Source: Cupriavidus necator | GTDB taxonomy: Bacteria; Pseudomonadota; Gammaproteobacteria; Burkholderiales; Burkholderiaceae | Reading direction: 5' to 3' | Assembly: GCF_016127575.1 (NCBI RefSeq) | Contig: NZ_CP066018.1 | Span: forward strand, 2,970,001 to 3,002,000 | Length of the DNA stretch: 32,000 nucleotides | Position numbers and translations under genes: made by a program | Part shown: positions 8,871 through 17,073 of the stretch, in pieces | Layout of the letters: each line of letters begins with the position of its first letter | Numbering within the stretch: the first letter of the stretch is position 1 | Notes under the pieces: model-generated | The model's input: only the letters and a program-made list of their open reading frames with translations | What the model was told of the DNA's origin: nothing | Database searches by the model: none

Positions 8871-9662
8871 ATGGCATTCCGTACTGATTCCAAGGGCATG
8901 TTGCGCGTCTGGCAGCTGCTCGTCCTGGTGGTGATCCTCGGCGTGTGGCATATGGCCACGCGCTCGCAGCAGGTTGCCTTTTTCTTCGGCGAACCGCTGA
9001 TGGTGGCGCAGCGCATCTGGAGCTGGTTTATCGTCGAGCGCGATATCTACCTGCACCTGGGCGTGACGCTGATCGAAACCGTGCTGGCCTTCGGCATCGG
9101 CACGGTGGCGGGGCTGGGCGTGGGCCTGTGGCTGGCGCTGAGCCCGATGACCTCGGCCATCCTCGACCCCTACGTCAAGGCCATGAACTCGATGCCGCGC
9201 GTGATCCTGGCACCGATCTTCGCGGTCTGGTTCGGCCTGGGCATCTGGTCGAAGGTGGCGCTGGCGGTGACGCTGGTGTTCTTCATCGTCTTCTTCAACG
9301 TCTACCAGGGCGTCAAGGAAGTGAGCCCGGTGGTGCTGGCCAACGCGCGCATGCTGGGCGCCAACCAGAAGCAGCTGCTGCGCCATGTCTACCTGCCCAG
9401 CGCCACCAGCTGGGTGTTCTCGTCGCTGCATACCTCGGTGGGCCTGGCCTTCGTGGGCGCGGTGGTGGGCGAATACCTGGGCTCGGCGCGCGGCGTGGGC
9501 TACCTGATCCTGCAGGCCGAAGGCACCTTCGACATCAATACCGTGTTTGCCGGCATCGTGGTGCTGACGGCGTTTGCGCTGGTGCTGGACTGGATGGTCG
9601 GCATGGGTGAGAAGCGGCTGATGAAGTGGCAGCCGAAGAGCGGGGAGACGGAGAAGCTTTGA
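8871..9662 (+). CDS. ABC transporter permease (NitT/TauT family)
   Basis: A polytopic hydrophobic protein of the BPD-transporter type, immediately downstream of the ATPase. The start is uncertain: the Met at 8898 is also possible. Confidence 0.85.
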   Translation: MAFRTDSKGMLRVWQLLVLVVILGVWHMATRSQQVAFFFGEPLMVAQRIWSWFIVERDIYLHLGVTLIETVLAFGIGTVAGLGVGLWLALSPMTSAILDPYVKAMNSMPRVILAPIFAVWFGLGIWSKVALAVTLVFFIVFFNVYQGVKEVSPVVLANARMLGANQKQLLRHVYLPSATSWVFSSLHTSVGLAFVGAVVGEYLGSARGVGYLILQAEGTFDINTVFAGIVVLTAFALVLDWMVGMGEKRLMKWQPKSGETEKL

Positions 9663-9700
9663 TGCAGGACTTGCCGGTAAGCGTTGCTGGCCGGCGGTTT

Positions 9701-9730
9701 GCCCCCTCTCCCGCTTGCGGGAGAGGGGGC
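9701..9730. repeat. REP-like perfect palindrome (14-bp arms) between convergent genes
   Basis: GCCCCCTCTCCCGC-TT-GCGGGAGAGGGGGC. It lies between the ABC permease stop (9662) and the histidine-kinase stop (9741). There is no flanking T-tract. Confidence 0.6.
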
Positions 9731-9740
9731 GCCCAAGCGG

Positions 9741-11159
9741 TCAAGAGCAAGTCTCGGGTTTGTGGCCGGCAGCGCTGAAGTTTACAGACACCGTTAGCCC
9801 GCCTCCGGGCGTATCCGCAAGCTCCACCGCTGCACCATGCAGCCGCGCGATCTCGCGCACGATCGACAGCCCCAGCCCGGTCCCTTCCACGGACTGTCCG
9901 CTCTCGCCGCGATAGAAGCGCCGGAACACCGCATCGCGCTCTGCCGGAGCAATGCCGGGGCCGTTGTCGATCACCTGCAGCCGCGGCACGCCGCCGTGCA
10001 GCGCCACGCGCACCGTGACCACCGCACCGCGCCCCGCATAGCGGATCGCGTTGTCGATCAGATTGCCCGTCAGCTCCTGCAGCAGCTCCGCCTGCCCGGC
10101 GACCTCCACCGACCCTTCCTGCTCGAAGCCCAGGTCGACCTCGCTGCCACGCGCCACCGGCGCCCAGTCCAGTGCCACGCCTTGCGCCAGCGCATCGAGC
10201 CGCAGCGGCCCGAGCGTGGGCATATAGCCCGCATCAGGCTCCAGCCGCGACAGCGACAGCAGCTGCTGTACCCCCTTGGAGGCATGGCGCACGGTGCCGT
10301 GCAGCAGCCGCATATGCTCGCGCACGCGTTCAGCGTCGCGCTCGCGCAGCGCCAGCTCGGACTGCGCCTGGATGATCGCCAGCGGCGTCTTGAGCTGGTG
10401 CGCAGCATCGGCAAAGAAGCGCTTGCGCGCCTGCACCATGCCGTGGAGCCGGTCCATGTACTGGTTCAGCGCCTGCACCAGCGGCTTCATCTCGGCGGGC
10501 AGGTCCTTCTGCTCGATCGGGTCGAGCTGCGTGCCGCGTCGCGCCACCGTGTCGGAGAGCCGGTTCAGCGGCCGCAGCCCGCGCCGCACGCCGAGCCAGA
10601 CGATGCCCAGCGCCAGCGTCACCAGCATCAGCTCCTGCAGCAGCGAGCCGATCAGGATGTCGCGCGCCAGCAGCTGGCGCGGCTCGATGGTTTCGCCCAC
10701 CAGCACCCACACCAGGCGCGTGCGTGCCGAGCCCACGTCGTGCACCGGCAGCGCCTGGGCCGCCATGCGCAGCGGGTGCTCGCGGAAGACAGTGTCGTAG
10801 AACTCGGTGCGGTACAGCCGCAGCGGCGCCTCGGCCGGCATCGGCAGGTCGTCGTAGCCGGTCACGGTTGCGCCGTCCTCGTCGCGGATGCGGTAGAAGA
10901 TGCGCGGGCCGGCTTGGTCGTCGAAGAGTTCCAGCGCGAGGTTTGGCACGTCGACCTGGAGCCGCCCCTCGCGCAGGCGGATGCCTTCGCGCATTGCGCG
11001 CAGCGACGCCTCCAGCGTGCGGTCGAAGGCGATATGCGCGGCAGACATGGCGCGCTCATAGGTCAGCCACGCATCGAAGGCGAGCAGGGCCATCAGCGGC
11101 AGCAGCAGCCATAGCGACAGCTGCAGGCGCAGGCTGGGCGCCTGTCGTGGAAGCCTCAT
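9741..11159 (-). CDS. two-component sensor histidine kinase (TctE/QseC-like, 2CSK_N-type sensor domain)
   Basis: H-box FFADAAHQLKTPL, N-box LIDNAIRY, G1 VIDNGPGI and G2 GTGLGLSIV. It has two TM segments flanking a periplasmic domain. Its start overlaps the response-regulator stop (ATGA at 11156-11159). Confidence 0.9.
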   Translation of the reverse strand: MRLPRQAPSLRLQLSLWLLLPLMALLAFDAWLTYERAMSAAHIAFDRTLEASLRAMREGIRLREGRLQVDVPNLALELFDDQAGPRIFYRIRDEDGATVTGYDDLPMPAEAPLRLYRTEFYDTVFREHPLRMAAQALPVHDVGSARTRLVWVLVGETIEPRQLLARDILIGSLLQELMLVTLALGIVWLGVRRGLRPLNRLSDTVARRGTQLDPIEQKDLPAEMKPLVQALNQYMDRLHGMVQARKRFFADAAHQLKTPLAIIQAQSELALRERDAERVREHMRLLHGTVRHASKGVQQLLSLSRLEPDAGYMPTLGPLRLDALAQGVALDWAPVARGSEVDLGFEQEGSVEVAGQAELLQELTGNLIDNAIRYAGRGAVVTVRVALHGGVPRLQVIDNGPGIAPAERDAVFRRFYRGESGQSVEGTGLGLSIVREIARLHGAAVELADTPGGGLTVSVNFSAAGHKPETCS

Positions 11160-11830
11160 GCCGCCGGCCGCGCTTCGAGCAGATAGCCCAGCCCGCGCAG
11201 CGTGACGATGGCCACGCCGCTGCCGTCGAGCTTCTTGCGCAGCCGGTGCACGTAGATCTCGATTGCATCCGGGTTGACCGATTCGTCGATGCCGAAGATC
11301 TTCTCCGACAGCGCCGCCTTGTTCACCGCGCGCCCATCGCGCAGCAGCAGCACCTCGAGCACGGCGCGTTCGCGCCCGGTCAGCGGCAGCAGCTCGCCGT
11401 GCAGCAGGACGGCACGGCTGACGCTGTCGTAGTGCAGCGGGCCGCAGGCGATCTGCGTGCTCTCATGCCCGTGGGCACGGCGGATCAGCGCGCGGGCGCG
11501 CGCTTCCAGTTCGGACAGGTCGAAGGGCTTGGCCAGGTAGTCGTCGGCGCCCAGGTCCAGGCCGCGCACGCGGTCTTCGACCGAGCCGTGCGCGGTCAGG
11601 ATCAGCACCGGCAGCGGGTTGCGGCGCTGGCGCAGGCGGCGCAGCACTTCCAGGCCGTCCAGTCCGGGCAGGCCCAGGTCCAGGATCAGCAGCGCGTAGT
11701 CCTGCGTGCTGAGCAGGTTGTCGGCGCTGCGGCCGTCGTGCATGCAGTCGACCGTGAAGCCGGCCTGGCCCAGGGCCTGGCTCAGGGAATTGGCCAGCAT
11801 CACGTTGTCTTCGGCAAGCAGGATACGCAT
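11156..11830 (-). CDS. OmpR-family response regulator (TctD/QseB-like)
   Basis: Receiver domain (MRILLAEDN..., LLILDLGLPGLDG, DDYLAKPF) plus a C-terminal winged helix (IEIYVHRLRKKL...LRGLGYLL). Confidence 0.93.
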   Translation of the reverse strand: MRILLAEDNVMLANSLSQALGQAGFTVDCMHDGRSADNLLSTQDYALLILDLGLPGLDGLEVLRRLRQRRNPLPVLILTAHGSVEDRVRGLDLGADDYLAKPFDLSELEARARALIRRAHGHESTQIACGPLHYDSVSRAVLLHGELLPLTGRERAVLEVLLLRDGRAVNKAALSEKIFGIDESVNPDAIEIYVHRLRKKLDGSGVAIVTLRGLGYLLEARPAA

Positions 11831-11971
11831 GGGGCAGGGCAGTCAGGCGGCAATACGGAAATCCGGCCGGAACGGCCGAGGCCAGACAGATACAGGGAAG
11901 TGCGCCGGCTTAGAAGCTAGGGAAACCCCCAATCCCGCAGCGGCGCCGTGCCCGCGAAAAGCCTGCATTCC

Positions 11972-11987
11972 GAAAGCGAACTGAAAG
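11972..11987 (+). promoter_or_regulatory. direct repeat GAAAG-N6-GAAAG upstream of the porin gene (candidate OmpR-family response-regulator box)
   Basis: cGAAAGcG and tGAAAGtG start 11 bp apart, about one helical turn. They lie 64-79 nt upstream of the porin ATG, in the divergent regulator/porin spacer. Confidence 0.25.
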
Positions 11988-12050
11988 TGCGCGTCCCCTA
12001 CCATCCGGCCGGCTAATGATTCACACAACAAGCACAAGCAAGGAGATAGC

Positions 12051-13109
12051 ATGAAGCGTAGGGCAATGGCATTCGCAGCGATGGGTCTGGCTGCGGCCGG
12101 ATCGGCATCCGCCCAATCGAGCGTGACCATGTATGGCCTGGTGGACGCCGGCATCGAATATGTCAGCCACGCGGGTCCGGACGGCTCGGCGGTCAAGCTG
12201 ACCTCGGGCGGCAAGAACACCTCGCGCTGGGGCATCCGCGGCAGCGAAGACCTGGGCGGCGGCCTGAAGGCGATCTTCGCCCTGGAAAGCGGCATCGCCA
12301 TCGACACCGGCAGGCTGGACACCGACAACACGCTGTTCGATCGCCGTGCCACGGTGGGCCTGGCAAGCCGCTACGGCCAGGTGGTGCTGGGCCGCACCTT
12401 TACCACGACCTACGACTTCATGCTGCCGTTCGACCCGATGGGCTACGCGCCGGCCTATTCGTGGGCTACTTCGTCGACCGCCACCGGCGGCCGCAAGGAC
12501 GGCCTGTTCTCGCGCGCCTCGAACGCGGTCCGCTATGACGGCAGCTTCGGCGGCCTGAAGCTGGGCGCCACCGTGGCCATGGGCGAGGTGGCGGGGGACT
12601 TCAAGAGCTCGTCCAAGTACGCGCTGGGGGTGGGCTACAGCGCCGGCAAGTTTGCCGCGGCCGCCACCTGGGACCGCCAGAACGGCGCCGGCAGCAGCAC
12701 CACGCCGGCCGACAGCACCGACTACATCCAGGGCATCCATGCCGGCGCCAGCTATGACTTCGGCGACCTGAAGCTGTTTGCCGGCTACCGCAACTACAAG
12801 CGCACCTTCACCACCGGCGCGGCGACGGACCGCAGCGACATGTACTGGGGCGGCGCCAGCTATGACTTCACGCCGGCCTTCACGCTGTACGGCGCGGTCT
12901 ACAAGCAGAACATCAAGGGCGGCAACAACGCCGACCCGATCCTGTTCTCGCTGCGCGGCCAGTACGCGCTGTCCAAGCGCACGCTGGCCTACCTGTCGGT
13001 GGGCTATGCCGATGCGCGCAACGGGCAGAACGTCAGCGTCTCGCGCGACCTGGTCGGCTTCGCCAACAACCAGACCGGCGTCATGGCCGGCCTGCAGCAC
13101 CGCTTCTGA
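12051..13109 (+). CDS. outer-membrane general porin (Burkholderiales Porin_4/OmpC-like)
   Basis: Signal peptide ...AAAGSASAQ followed by SSVTMYGLVDAGIEY. The sequence has an alternating beta-strand pattern and ends in a C-terminal Phe (GLQHRF). A strong AGGAGA ribosome-binding site lies upstream. Confidence 0.9.
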   Translation: MKRRAMAFAAMGLAAAGSASAQSSVTMYGLVDAGIEYVSHAGPDGSAVKLTSGGKNTSRWGIRGSEDLGGGLKAIFALESGIAIDTGRLDTDNTLFDRRATVGLASRYGQVVLGRTFTTTYDFMLPFDPMGYAPAYSWATSSTATGGRKDGLFSRASNAVRYDGSFGGLKLGATVAMGEVAGDFKSSSKYALGVGYSAGKFAAAATWDRQNGAGSSTTPADSTDYIQGIHAGASYDFGDLKLFAGYRNYKRTFTTGAATDRSDMYWGGASYDFTPAFTLYGAVYKQNIKGGNNADPILFSLRGQYALSKRTLAYLSVGYADARNGQNVSVSRDLVGFANNQTGVMAGLQHRF

Positions 13110-13118
13110 GGAAGGGGC

Positions 13119-13160
13119 GGCCTGAATGGCCTGAATGGCCGGAATGGCCTCATCGGCCTG
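13119..13160. repeat. degenerate 9-bp tandem repeat (GGCCTGAAT-like, about 4.7 units)
   Basis: GGCCTGAAT GGCCTGAAT GGCCGGAAT GGCCTCATC GGCCTG. GGCC recurs every 9 bp at 13119, 13128, 13137, 13146 and 13155, starting 10 nt after the porin stop. Confidence 0.6.
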
Positions 13161-13238
13161 TTGGGAACTGCCGGCCGCCTGGCGCATGGGTGTGCGCCAT
13201 CGAGGGCGGCTGGCAGCTTGAGGCGCGTTGCCTCAGCC

Positions 13239-13278
13239 GGGCGCAGGGCGTAGCCGCACGCCTTGCGCCCTTCTTTTA
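13239..13278 (+). terminator. candidate rho-independent terminator downstream of the porin gene
   Basis: 12-bp stem with one mismatch (GGGCGCAGGGCG / CGCCTTGCGCCC), an 8-nt loop, then TTCTTTTA. Confidence 0.5.
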
Positions 13279-13314
13279 CCGGCGGGCAGGGCGCGCCGCC
13301 GGCGTGCGTGCCGC

Positions 13315-14289
13315 TCAGGGCACGATCACGATCTTGCCGGTGACCTTGCGCGCTTCCATGTCCTTGAGCGCCTGCGGAGCCTGCTCCAGCGGATAGCGCG
13401 CCGAGATATGCGGGCGGATCTTGCCTTCCTTCATCCAGCCCAGCATCTGCGCCATATTGGCCTGGTTGGCCTTGGGCTCGCGCCGCACGAAGTCGCCCCA
13501 GAACACGCCCACCAGCGAGGCGCCCTTGAGCAGCGCCAGGTTCAGCGGCAGCTTGGGGATCTCGCCGTTGGCAAAACCCACTACCAGGTAGCGGCCGCGC
13601 CAGCCGATCGAACGGAAGGCCGGTTCGGCATAGATGCCGCCCACCGGGTCATAGATCACGTCCGGACCCTTGCCGTCGGTCAGCGCCTTGATGCGTTCGC
13701 GCAGGTCCTCGGTGCTGTAGTTGATCAGCGCGTCGGCGCCGTGCTCCTTGCACACCGCCAGCTTCTCGTCGGTCGAGGCGGCGGCGATCACGCGCGCGCC
13801 GATGGCCTTGCCGATCTCGATCGCCGCCAGGCCCACGCCGCCGGCCGCGCCCAGCACCAGCATGGTCTGGCCGGCCTTCAGCTCGCCCCGGTCGATGACC
13901 GCGTGGTGTGAGGTGCCGTAGGTCAGCGTGAACGCCGCCGCGGTCTCGAAGTCGATGCCGGGCGGCATCGGCACCACTGACGCCGCAGGCGCCTTGGCCT
14001 GGCTGGCGAACGCGCCGTTGCCCAGGTAGGCGATCACCTTGTCGCCGGGCTTGACGTGGGTGACGCCTTCGCCGACCGCATTGACCACGCCGGCCAGCTC
14101 CGAGCCCGGGCTGAACGGCAGGGCAGGCTTGGCCTGGTATTTGTTCTGGATGATGAGCACATCCGGGAAGTTGACGGCGGCCGCCTTGACGTCGATGACC
14201 ACTTCGCCCTTGGCCGGCACCAGGTCAGGCAGGGTTTCGATGGTCAGCGAATCGGGCGGGCCCCAGGCTTTGCACAGTACGGCTTTCAT
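13315..14289 (-). CDS. NADPH:quinone oxidoreductase / zinc-type alcohol dehydrogenase-like (MDR superfamily)
   Basis: GroES-like N-terminus (MKAVLCKAWGPPDSL...VNFPDVL) and the Rossmann motif VLGAAGGVGLAAI. A GGAGAC ribosome-binding site lies upstream on the minus strand. Confidence 0.9.
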   Translation of the reverse strand: MKAVLCKAWGPPDSLTIETLPDLVPAKGEVVIDVKAAAVNFPDVLIIQNKYQAKPALPFSPGSELAGVVNAVGEGVTHVKPGDKVIAYLGNGAFASQAKAPAASVVPMPPGIDFETAAAFTLTYGTSHHAVIDRGELKAGQTMLVLGAAGGVGLAAIEIGKAIGARVIAAASTDEKLAVCKEHGADALINYSTEDLRERIKALTDGKGPDVIYDPVGGIYAEPAFRSIGWRGRYLVVGFANGEIPKLPLNLALLKGASLVGVFWGDFVRREPKANQANMAQMLGWMKEGKIRPHISARYPLEQAPQALKDMEARKVTGKIVIVP

Positions 14290-14496
14290 CTTGTCTCCGG
14301 TGATGTTGGTGGCATTTCACGCCAGTCAAGCTTATGCGGGCGGGCAGGGCAAGTGTAGCGTAGAAATAGCACGGTCGTTCTGTTCCATGTCCAAGCTATG
14401 GAGGTGGTTATTTGCGGCCTGCATACAGCGCCAGAAACGTGCTTTCAGGGCGGCGCAGGGGCCGCTTGCGCGCGCGCGCTCAGGTACAATCGCGCC

Positions 14497-15249
14497 ATGC
14501 ATATCCTTCTCGCCAACGACGACGGTTATCTCGCGCCGGGACTGGCCGTTTTGCATGCCGCGCTCGCGCCGCTGGGCCGGATCACGGTCATCGCGCCGGA
14601 GCAGAACCATAGCGGTGCCTCCAACTCCCTGACCCTGCAGCGGCCGCTGTCGATCTACGAAGCGCGCGAAGGCGTGCAAAAAGGTTTTCGCTTCGTCAAC
14701 GGAACACCGACCGACTGCGTGCATATCGCGCTGACGGGCCTGCTGGAAGAGAAACCCGACCTGGTGGTGTCCGGCATCAACCAGGGACAGAACATGGGCG
14801 AAGACGTGCTGTACTCCGGCACCGTCGCCGCCGCCATCGAGGGCTACCTGCTGGGCATTCCGTCGGTCGCCTTCTCGCAGGTGGACAAGGGCTGGGAGCA
14901 CCTGGACGCCGCGGCACGCGTGGCGCGCACCGTGGTGGAGCGCATCATCGGCACGCCGCCGGCCGAGCCGTTCCTGCTCAACGTCAATATCCCGAACCTG
15001 CCGTTCGAACATATCAAGGGCTACCGTGCCACGCGCCTGGGCAAGCGCCATCCGTCGCAGCCGGTGATCACGCAGGTCAATCCGCGCGGCGACACCAACT
15101 ACTGGATCGGCCCGGCGGGCGATGCGCGCGATGCCAGCGAGGGTACCGATTTCCATGCAGCTGCGGCGGGCTATGTCTCGCTCACGCCGTTGCAGCTCGA
15201 CCTGACGCACCGCGGGCAGCTCGACGCGCTCGACCAGTGGTTGAAGTAG
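14497..15249 (+). CDS. surE: 5'/3'-nucleotidase SurE
   Basis: [20 protein letters not shown] and [11 protein letters not shown]. SurE proteins start at this conserved M-x-ILL-x-NDDG, so I reject the track's extension from 14398. Confidence 0.93.
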   Translation: MHILLANDDGYLAPGLAVLHAALAPLGRITVIAPEQNHSGASNSLTLQRPLSIYEAREGVQKGFRFVNGTPTDCVHIALTGLLEEKPDLVVSGINQGQNMGEDVLYSGTVAAAIEGYLLGIPSVAFSQVDKGWEHLDAAARVARTVVERIIGTPPAEPFLLNVNIPNLPFEHIKGYRATRLGKRHPSQPVITQVNPRGDTNYWIGPAGDARDASEGTDFHAAAAGYVSLTPLQLDLTHRGQLDALDQWLK

Positions 15250-15277
15250 GCCACCGATCCGCAGTGTCGCGCCCCCG

Positions 15278-16198
15278 ATGAGCACCACGCCCCCTCGCAA
15301 CAAGTTTCCGCTGCCGCTCGATGCGGTAGTCGAGCGCAAGCCCGCACCGGCCCGCACCGCCGGCTTGCCTGCCGTGGGCACGCCGCGGCCGGCCGCGCCC
15401 ACACCGGCGCCAGCCAAGCCGGCCAAGCCGCGCCTGCCGCGCACCGCCGCACCGGCGCCCGCGCCGGTGCCTGCAAGCGCGGTCGAGCAACGCGCCTCGG
15501 CGGCCACCGCGGGCGGCGGCGGCATGGCCTCGGCACGCGCGCGCGCGGCGCTGGCGGCGCGGCTGCGTGCCGCGGGCATCCGCGACGAGCGCGTGCTGTC
15601 GGCCATTGCCACCGTGCCGCGCCACCTGTTCGTCGAGCCGGGACTGGCATCGCAGGCGTATGAGGACGCCGCGCTGCCGATCGGCCACCAGCAGACCATT
15701 TCCAAGCCGTCGGTGGTGGCGCGCATGATCGAGCTGCTGCGCGAGGGCCTGGCCGCCGACGCGCCGCTGGAGCGCGTGCTCGAGATCGGCACCGGCTGCG
15801 GCTACCAGGCCGCGGTGCTGAGCCAGGTCGCGCGCGAGGTCTTCTCGATCGAGCGCATCCGCCCGCTGCACGAGCAGGCCAAGGCCAACCTGCGGCCGCT
15901 GCGCGTGCCCAACCTGCGCCTGCACTACGGCGACGGCATGCTGGGGCTGCCCCAGGCGGCGCCGTTTTCGGCCATCATCCTGGCCGCGGCCGGCATGGAG
16001 GTGCCCGAGGCGCTGCTGGAGCAGCTGGCCATCGGTGGGCGCCTGATCGCCCCGGTGGCGGTGATGCCGCCGGCGGGCGTGCCAGGCCAGACCGTCACGC
16101 AGCAGCTGTTGCTGATCGAGCGGCGCAACCGCCATCGATTTCACAGAACCGCGCTTGAAGCCGTTTTCTTTGTGCCCTTAAAATCGGGCACCATCTGA
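15278..16198 (+). CDS. pcm: protein-L-isoaspartate O-methyltransferase with a Pro/Ala-rich N-terminal extension
   Basis: SAM-binding motif [15 protein letters not shown], plus VPRHLFV and [10 protein letters not shown]. The canonical Pcm domain begins near the Met at 15524. The upstream 82 codons keep high GC3, so I call the long form, with start uncertainty. Confidence 0.82.
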   Translation: MSTTPPRNKFPLPLDAVVERKPAPARTAGLPAVGTPRPAAPTPAPAKPAKPRLPRTAAPAPAPVPASAVEQRASAATAGGGGMASARARAALAARLRAAGIRDERVLSAIATVPRHLFVEPGLASQAYEDAALPIGHQQTISKPSVVARMIELLREGLAADAPLERVLEIGTGCGYQAAVLSQVAREVFSIERIRPLHEQAKANLRPLRVPNLRLHYGDGMLGLPQAAPFSAIILAAAGMEVPEALLEQLAIGGRLIAPVAVMPPAGVPGQTVTQQLLLIERRNRHRFHRTALEAVFFVPLKSGTI

Positions 16199-16206
16199 GT
16201 CGAACT

Positions 16207-17067
16207 ATGCACAACATCGTGAAATCGCAATATTTCGCACGCGCCGGACAACTTTTTGCGGCCTCGGCGCTGACGGCCCTGCTGGCCGCCTGCGCCAATT
16301 CGCCGATGCCGGCACCTGTGGTTGACCGTACCTCCACTTCCGGTACCACGGCCGCGACGCTGGAACCGGCACCCCCCGGATACTATCGGGTCAAGCGAGG
16401 CGATACCCTTTACCGAATCGCGCTGGAGAACGGCCAGTCGTATCGCGATGTGGCAACGTGGAACAACCTGACCAATGTGAACCAGATCGAGGTCGGCCAG
16501 CTGCTGCGCATCGTGCCGCCGGGTGCCGACGTCAACACTGCGCCCGGCGTGGCCACCATGCCGGTGGCGCCGGGCACGGTGCAGGCGCAGCCGATCGACC
16601 AGGCCCGCCCGGCCGCCACGCCGGTGCCTCCGGCCGCGGCCGCTTCGGCGCCTGCGGCAACGCCCGCCGCGCCCGCCGCGGCCGCCGCGCCGGTCACCGA
16701 TGGCTCGATGAAGCTGGCCTGGCCGGCAACCGGCCAGACGGTCGGGAAATTCGACGACAAGGGTAATAAAGGCATCGATATTGCGGGCAAGAAGGGCGAT
16801 GCGGTGCTGGCCGCGGACGATGGTCGGGTGATTCACGTTGGCCCCTTGCGCGGCTACGGGAATCTTGTCATCATCAAACACAATGAGACATTTCTTACTG
16901 CTTACGGGCACAACGACAAGGTGCTCGTGGCTGAGCAATCCGCGGTCCGAAAAGGCCAGAAGATTGCGGAGATGGGCAACAGCGATACCGACCGGGTAAA
17001 GCTTCACTTCGAAGTCCGCAAGAACGGAAAACCGGTTGATCCGATGCGGTACCTGCCGCCACAGTGA
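16207..17067 (+). CDS. nlpD: LysM/M23-domain lipoprotein NlpD (amidase activator type)
   Basis: Lipobox LLAAC, LysM domain (YRVKRGDTLYRIALENGQSYRDVATWNNL), an Ala/Pro linker and a degenerate LytM domain (GIDIAGKKGDAV...KLHFEVRKNGKPVDP). It sits between pcm and rpoS, as in other proteobacteria. Confidence 0.9.
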   Translation: MHNIVKSQYFARAGQLFAASALTALLAACANSPMPAPVVDRTSTSGTTAATLEPAPPGYYRVKRGDTLYRIALENGQSYRDVATWNNLTNVNQIEVGQLLRIVPPGADVNTAPGVATMPVAPGTVQAQPIDQARPAATPVPPAAAASAPAATPAAPAAAAAPVTDGSMKLAWPATGQTVGKFDDKGNKGIDIAGKKGDAVLAADDGRVIHVGPLRGYGNLVIIKHNETFLTAYGHNDKVLVAEQSAVRKGQKIAEMGNSDTDRVKLHFEVRKNGKPVDPMRYLPPQ

Positions 17068-17073
17068 GGGTTC

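Noticed and set aside
14398-14496. N-terminal extension of SurE from 14398, and a possible leaderless surE mRNA (TACAAT at 14485-14490, 7 nt before the ATG, no Shine-Dalgarno sequence)
   Set aside because: SurE homologues begin at the conserved MxILLxNDDG, so I reject the extension. The leaderless idea lacks a convincing -35 element: the best candidate, TTGCGC, leaves only a 13-bp spacer. It cannot be supported from sequence alone.
15413-15430. Short tandem nucleotide repeats inside coding regions (for example GCCAAGCCG twice in pcm, and GC-rich repeats in dnaX, nlpD and rodZ) considered as CRISPR or VNTR candidates
   Set aside because: They are in frame, encode Ala/Pro/Lys low-complexity linkers, and lack the repeat-spacer architecture of CRISPR arrays.
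15524-16198. Short form of pcm starting at the Met at 15524
   Set aside because: I have not fully excluded it. The long form is preferred because the upstream 82 codons keep coding-like GC3, and the short form would leave an unusually long GC-rich gap after surE. This is flagged as a finding rather than settled.
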